A stretch of DNA of 64,000 nucleotides from Macrostomum lignano (Eukaryota): assembly GCA_002269645.1 (NCBI GenBank), contig NIVC01000850.1, positions 62,001 through 126,000 of the forward strand, in the 5' to 3' direction. A program made the translations under genes and the position numbers. The notes beneath the pieces are model-generated. The model saw nothing but the letters and a program-made list of their open reading frames with translations, searched no databases and had not been told where the DNA came from. Below are positions 57,635 through 64,000 of the stretch, piece by piece. How positions within the stretch are numbered: the first letter of the stretch is position 1; each line of letters opens with the position of its first letter.

Positions 57635-59283
57635 GAGAAAGTTTTCTATCTAACTAGTTAAACAAACTCGATTTTTATCGTACAGGAGCATATGTTAATG
57701 CCTAAACAAATTAATTTTCATAAATCTATCCATATTTCTTAGAATACGGAAGTAAAGTCTGCAGTCTCTGCATTCATGGATCAGACGTTGCTGAACGAAA
57801 GATTCAAGCAATGCAAACACTAACTACTCTTTTTAATAAAGTACATTTGATTGATTGATTGAAACTGTTGATATCAGAATCTGCTTATTATCAGGCGCCG
57901 CGCCCGGGTTAAAGCATTAACGTCACATCCAACATCAATTACTAATTATAGGATTAAGAAGAACTCACTAATCGATTTAACCGAGTCTATGAGCTGAGAA
58001 AACATGAAAACACCTTGGACACGCCTTGCATAAATTTGTAGGATAGAAATCAGAACAGAAGTGGCTCAAATGCATTCTCGAATATTCACCATCTGCTCCC
58101 TCTCTTTGCTTTGCCGCTTTTTATTCCTTCCAATCTCTCCAGTCCCTCCATCCCTGTCTCTCCATTCATTTCTACCTTCTGTTAAATTTCTCCTTCAGCT
58201 CTCCCTTTCCCTTCATCACTACTTCTCTCTTCACACCCCCTGTTCATTTCTCCATCTTATTACGCCTCTCCTTCTTCCTTTAGTTCTTGCTCTCGCTCTC
58301 TTCATCCTTCCCTTTTACCTCTCCTACCTTCATTTCTCCCCCTCCCTCTTTCCTTTCATTTCTCCCCCCTCCCTTCATTTCTCCCTCTCCCTCTTTCCTT
58401 TCATTTCTCCCTGTCTCCCTTCATTTCTCCCTCTCATACCTTCTCCCTGTCTCCCTTCAATTCTCCCTTTCTCCCTTCATTTCTCCCTTTCTTCCTACAT
58501 TTCTTCCTATCTCCATTTATCCTTATCTCCCTTCATTTCTCCCTTTCTTCCTACATTTCTCCCTGTCTCCCTTCATTTCTCCCTATCTCCCTTCATCTCT
58601 TCCTCTCTCCCTTCATCTCTCCCTTTCTTCCTACATTTATCCCTCTCTCCCTTCATCTCTTCCTCTCTCCCTTCATCTCTCCCTCTCTCTCCCTTCCTCT
58701 CTCCCTTCATTACCCCTATCTCCCTTCATCTCTCCCTTTCTTCCTACATTTATCCCTATCTCCATTCATCTCTCCCTTTCTTAATACATTTATCCCTCTC
58801 TCCCTTTATCTCTCCCTCTCTTCCTTCATCTCTTTCTCTCTCCCTTCATTCCCCACTCTCTTTATTTCTTCCTCTCCCTTCATCTTCCTTCTTTACCATC
58901 ATTACTCTCTTCCTTTTTCACGCCCCTCCATTTATCTCTTTCTTCTGCATTTCTCCTGAAATTAAGTTCAAGCTGAAACCATGAATCTCTTACCATATAC
59001 GAGTATTTTTTCTGGCAGCTCCCCAGAGAACTCACCGACTCCAGAAGATCATAGAGCATATTGATCGCCCGGGTAGTGCTGTCCAGGCACAGTAGGCTGA
59101 TAATCCATTCGGTCTGACTGCGAACGGAAGCGATCAATTCCGTGCGCAGGCAGTGCACCATCCAGTCCAGGACCAGGTCGGTGTGCTGCGCGTGTGGAGG
59201 TACAAACTCATGGGATTATAAGGATACTTTTTCCTTGGGGAGACAGCAACAGGGAAACAGGCGCGACAGATGGCAGGTTATGT

Positions 59284-59355
<72 letters not shown>

Positions 59356-59356
59356 C

Positions 59357-59403
<47 letters not shown>

Positions 59404-59444
59404 CACAGACACACAGACAGACAGACAGACAGACACACAGACAC

Positions 59445-59475
<31 letters not shown>

Positions 59476-62147
59476 CCAAGCCGCACCAAAGGCAGGTGAG
59501 GCGCCAGGCAGAGCAGAGCGCAGAAGATCCGGTGCTTCTGCCTGTGCGCAGCGGAGTTGGTGAAGTTCTTGTACACCTTGGCCTGGCACAGCCCATCATA
59601 GTGCTGGCGCAGGCGCAGCAGCAGGGAGCGGACGAATCCGCTGTGCCGCTCGCAGGCGCACTGGGGCAGGCGGCAGAGAAACTCCAGACTGGGAACGCGG
59701 TCGCTGCTCTCTCGACTGCGGGGACGGGCCATTGTGGGATATGCAGCAATAGTAGTATATTGGGGTTTTAATAAGAGGCTGGAGAGTAAAAAGGATGATG
59801 GTAAGGAGGTAGCGTGGAAGCTGGGAGGTGTGAAGATAAGAGAGAGTGAAAGAGAGGGCATAGAAAGAGGGTAAATAGAGGGCAGGGGAAGAGGGTAAAG
59901 AGAGGGCAGGGGAAGAGGGTAAAGAGGGCAGGGGAAGAGGGTAAAGAGAGGGCAGGGGAAGAGGGTAAAGAGGGCAGGGGAAGAGGGTAAAGAGAGGGCA
60001 TGGGAAGAGGGTAAAGAGAGGGCAGGGGAAGAGGGTAAAGAGGGCAGGGGAAGAGGGTAAAGAGAGGGCATGGGAAGAGGGTAAAGAGAGGGCAGGGGAA
60101 GAGGGTAAAGAGAGGGCATGGGAAGAGGGTAAAGAGAGGGCAGGGGAAGAGGGTAAAGAGAGGGCAGGGGAAGAGGTTAAGGGTGGGCAGGGGAAGAGGG
60201 TAAGGAGGAGGGGATGAGGGTAAGGAGCGCAGAGAAAGAGGGTAAGGGAGGAGGGTAAGGAGAGGGCTGGGGAAGAGGGTAAGTTGGAGGAGAACTCTTA
60301 ACAGCCGTGTAAAGTAAACAAAAGTATTTGTAAGCAAATGTACAAATGTACAAATGTAATTGTAAACAAATCAAAGCACGCTTACGTGGCGGCCTCCATG
60401 TTAAAAGGCCAGCCTTTATCGTAGGCTGTCTCCAAGTACACGTGCACTCTACCGGCGTAGCGCTGGAATCGACGGTGCACGGGACCGAAGATGAGGCCCG
60501 CCAGCAGCAGTCTGAGTAGGACCTCCTCGTCCCAGGAGCCTCGACAGTCGGCTACTGCGACGGAAGCTGTGGTCAGGAGCTCCCGAGTGAGAGCTTCGGC
60601 CAGGCCTACGCGGTTCTCGCTGCTGGCCAGCACGGAGTCTATGGCCTGAGTAGGGTGCATTGGCATGGAGCAATACAGAGTGAAAAGCCAATGATGCTTC
60701 AGTGGTGCTGCCCCTCCCTGATGCTTCAGAGGTGCTGCCCCCTCCCTGATGCTTCAGTGGATGCTGCTACCCCTCCCTGATGCTTCAGTGCTGCTGCCCC
60801 TCCCTGATGCTTCAGAGGTGCTGCCCCCTCCCTGATGCTTCAGTGGATGCTGCCCCTCCCTGATGCTTCAGTGGATGCTGCCCCCTCCCTGATGCTTCAG
60901 TGGATGCTGCTACCCCTCCCTGATGCTTCAGTGGTGCTGCTGCTGCCCCTCCCTGATGCTTCAGAGGTGCTGCCCCCTCCCTGATGCTTCAGTGGATGCT
61001 GCTACCCCTCCCTGATGCTTCAGTGGTGCTGCTGCCCCTCCCTGATGCTTCAGAGGTGCTGCCCCCTCCCTGATGCTTCAGTGGATGCTGCTGCCCCCTC
61101 CCTGATGCTTCAGTGGATGCTGCTACCCCTCCCTGATGCTTCAGTGGTGCTGCTGCCCCTCCCTGATGCTTCAGAGGTGCTGCCCCTCCCTGATGCTTCA
61201 GAGGTGCTGCCCCCTCCCTGATGCTTCAGAGGTGCTGCCCCTCCCTGATGCTTCAGAGGTGCTGCCCCCTCCCTGATGCTTCAGAGGTGCTGCCCCTCCC
61301 TGATGCTTCAGAGGTGCTGCCCCTCCCTGATGCTTCAGAGGTGCTGCCCCCTCCCTGATGCTTCAGAGGTGCTGCCCCCTCCCTGATGCTTCAGAGGTGC
61401 TGCCCCTCCCTGATGCTTCAGAGGTGCTGCCCCCTCCCTGATGCTTCAGAGGTGCTGCCCCCTCCCTGATGCTTCAGAGGTGCTGCCCCCTCCCTGATGC
61501 TTCAGAGGTGCTGCCCCTCCCTGATGCTTCAGTGGATGCTGCTACTCCCTCCCTGATGCTTCAGTGGATGCTGCTGCCCCCTCCCTGATGCTTCAGCGGT
61601 GACCCCTGCCCCTAGTAGATTCTCATTTCCACAGCGCCCCAACAGAACATCGTAAGCAAAAAGAAACGATCTCTTAACAAAAAACGACACAGTAAAACAA
61701 ACCTCCAGCAATATCTGTCGCCCAGCCGCAGGCGCCGCCGCAGGCAGGCCCAGACAAATCGGCTCAGTAGCCAACAGTCTCAGATAGGCGGCCACAGGGG
61801 GCCAGCAGTGCTGCACAGCTAAATACTCGGATTCCAGCACTCGCCAACCTTGTCGAAGCAAATCTCCAGTGCATTCGATCAACTCGTCAACAGACTGATT
61901 CGAGTCGCGATTTTTAGTTCCCGAACTAAATATGCCGACAGCAATTTCGAATAGTAGTTTCAAGGATTCCGGACGACTGACGAGATGCAAAGATTCTGTT
62001 ATGGCTGGCACAGACTCCAGAATAGATGGAGCATTGAGCAGGCCGTTAGCTGACGATTCACTGCGGCATAAGCAGGTGTGCAACAGGCGCAGGCGCTCCA
62101 CACATTCGGATTCGATACTGCCGCTACCGCCACGCCTGGCTTTGTTG
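52278..62147 (-). CDS. TARBP1: TARBP1/Trm3 tRNA (guanosine-2'-O)-methyltransferase, 3' seven exons (61703-62147, 60386-60645, 59487-59715, 58994-59185, 55091-55325, 53222-53672, 52278-52821); 5' exons not identified in the window
   Basis: SpoU domain [25 protein letters not shown]...GLEQT...[12 protein letters not shown]...[24 protein letters not shown]. Upstream exons contain TARBP1-like [12 protein letters not shown] and [14 protein letters not shown]. Junctions are GT-AG and in phase. Confidence 0.9.
52845..53200. repeat. 63-bp minisatellite in TARBP1 last intron
   Basis: Units begin CCGATATGTATCGA; ~4 copies plus a solo core. Confidence 0.9.
53710..54970. repeat. ~23-bp degenerate repeat in a TARBP1 intron
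   Basis: Unit CTCACTGTAGGATAATCTCCC. Confidence 0.92.
55330..57405. repeat. Compound 26/27-bp then 24-bp minisatellite in a TARBP1 intron
   Basis: GCTGATGGGGAATTGTTCACTGTGTA then TAGCTGATAGGGGAATTCAATATC. Confidence 0.95.
57557..57637. repeat. (GA)n microsatellite
   Basis: Direct reading. Confidence 0.95.
58100..58950. repeat. Degenerate CT-rich repeat in a TARBP1 intron
   Basis: Recurring TCTCCCTTCATTTCTCCC. Confidence 0.82.
59284..59474. repeat. (GACA)n microsatellite in a TARBP1 intron
   Basis: Direct reading. Confidence 0.96.
59830..60290. repeat. Purine-rich 24/26-bp repeat in a TARBP1 intron
   Basis: Unit GAGGGCAGGGGAAGAGGGTAAAGA. Confidence 0.92.
60690..61600. repeat. ~27-bp minisatellite in a TARBP1 intron
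   Basis: Unit CCCTGATGCTTCAGAGGTGCTGCCCCT. Confidence 0.94.
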
Positions 62148-62199
62148 CTGTTGGCGGGATAAATGCCATAGACTATAGGCGATTGCTTAGGGTGGAGGC

Positions 62200-62530
62200 G
62201 ATTCCTAAGGGTGGTGACTGGTGGGGGCGATTCCTAAATGTGGGGTGGAGGCGATTCCTAAATGTGGGGTGGAGGCGATTCCTAAATGTGGGGTGGAGGC
62301 GATTCCTAAATGTGGGGTGGAGGCGATTCCTAAGTGTGTGGGGTGGAGGCGATTCCTAAATGTGGGGTGGAGGCGATTCCTAAATGTGGGGTGGAGGCGA
62401 TTCCTAAATGTGGGGTGGAGGCGATTCCTAAATGTGGGGTGGAGGCGATTCCTAAATGTGGGGTGGAGGCGATTCCTAAATGTGGGGTGGAGGCGATTCC
62501 TAAATGTGGGGTGGAGGCGATTCCTAAGGA
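62200..62530. repeat. 24-bp minisatellite upstream of the most 5' visible TARBP1 exon
   Basis: Unit GCGATTCCTAAATGTGGGGTGGAG. Confidence 0.94.
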
Positions 62531-62599
62531 ATCGGGTAGGGTTGCTCGCTTAACAACAATTAAGTAGAGAGAACTCAAAATTAACATTTTAGTTTTGCC

Positions 62600-64000
62600 A
62601 ATGCATTTCGACCACAATCTCGTCAACTGCAAACTCAAATGCAAGGCTTCAAGACTTTCCTGAGAGCCCGCCTCGGACTAATCTCGTATGCAGCTCTCTG
62701 GCAACTGGTCACTAAGAAAGCCAGAGAGAAGCTGCGTGCGGATGAACTGAGAATATACAAGAAACTCAAGAACCTATGGACCGAGCAAAAATCATCCCAA
62801 GAAATAAAGGCCGTCACCAATCTATTTAAGCATGAGCTTTCGGTTCCCGAACTGAACTGCTTGCAACACTGCTTGCAACATAGCGAAATCCTATACTTCC
62901 AAGAAGAATTAACAAATTTCAAATCGCGGCCGAGATTGAATCTGGGATTAGTAAGTGCCTTCGAGCTAAAATTGCTTTGAGTGGAGAGTTGCCAGATAGT
63001 TTTAGGATTTGTCTCATTGCTGAATTCGATAAGTTCATCTGCCGGGCTCGTGGGTATGTTGGTGCTAGACGTAATAGACTGGTCCATCAGACTCTGGAAA
63101 AGCTTAAGAAAAATAAAGAAATTAAGATTGTTAGCTACGACAAAGGCCATGGTGTTGCCATCATGGATAGCTCTGACTACTTAGGCAAACTTGACGAAAT
63201 TGTGCAGGACAAACTCAAATTTCATTGCCTTGGTGAGGCCAATGAGGTCACTATGATGCACCCCGTGCTTAAAAATGAGATCTTTACAAACTTTTCTTAG
63301 AACCTATGTGAAGTCGCACATTTGCCCTGATACTTTTCAACGGATTACTCTTTGTGGGAGCCAACCTGGCTAGCTGTATGGGCTGTGCAAAGTTCACAAA
63401 AGTGGCTACCCCCTCAGACCCATTGTGTCCATTTTCGACAATGAGGCAAAAAAGGAAGAGTTCTTTAATACCATCAATGCTACCCATAAGAACATCAGGT
63501 TTACTTCTAAGGGTGGTGCTAAAAGACTTCCCTTTCTGCACATTGACGTTGATACGAGTAAAGGTTTGATTCAAACTAGCGTGTTTAGAAAAGCTAGCTT
63601 CACTGGTCTCATGCTTAGGTTCGATGCCCTCTGCCCTAGGCAATGGAAAGACGGTTTGGTATGGTGTTTTCTGCAAAGAGCTTTTTTGATTTGCAGTTCC
63701 TGGAAGCTTTTTCATGAGGAGCTGGAACAGCTTACTCGGCTGTTCATGATGAATGGATACCCTCGTGACCATATTTCCGGCATAATTAATAGGTTTCTCT
63801 GCAAGAAGTTTTCTGGTCAAAATCATACTCAGAAGAATGATCTCAATGATGATCGTAGTCCCGTCATTGTGGTTCCTTATTTAGGCCTCTGCTCCATGGA
63901 GTTTGGGAAGAAAGTAGAAAAATTATTTAGAAGTCACATTGATTCCCAGCTCCAGGTTTTGTTCCGTACGGAAAAGATTGCTCAGTTTGTCTGCAGGTTG
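62600..64000 (+). mobile_element. Penelope-like retroelement remnant (RT pseudogene, runs off window)
   Basis: LKKNKEIKIVSYDKGHGVAIMDSSDY, QPG*LYGLCKVHKSGYPLRPIVS, INATHKNIRFT...LPFLHI...TSVFRK and ELEQL...NGYP are hallmark PLE RT/thumb motifs. Has a stop at 63370, a frameshift near 63290, and no YxDD core. Confidence 0.9.

Overview
Eukaryotic (metazoan) genomic DNA: GC-rich exons sit in AT-rich, extremely tandem-repeat-rich non-coding sequence. The style resembles the flatworm Macrostomum (inference only). Most long ORFs in the supplied track are translations of tandem repeats. By manually joining GT-AG exons and checking phase, nine protein-coding genes can be supported: a Max-like bHLH-Zip (-), an intronless divergent Tudor-domain ORF (-), an unidentified 7-exon ~753-aa gene (+), SPAG8 (-) head-to-head with CATIP (+), a TRH/ETH-receptor-like GPCR (+), a Disabled/Dab PTB adaptor (-), a single-pass LRR receptor (+) and the 3' part of TARBP1/Trm3 (-). 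Mobile elements are a decayed mariner, a tRNA-derived CORE-like SINE and a Penelope-like retroelement whose RT core has been deleted in frame. The most unusual signal is the repeat architecture. Most long introns, and apparently three 3' UTRs, carry their own micro- or minisatellite pressed against exon boundaries. In several cases the two sides of one exon carry arrays with the same core motif in the same orientation. One array is visibly the amplified arm of a small fold-back element. Family assignments come from recalled motifs, not database searches.
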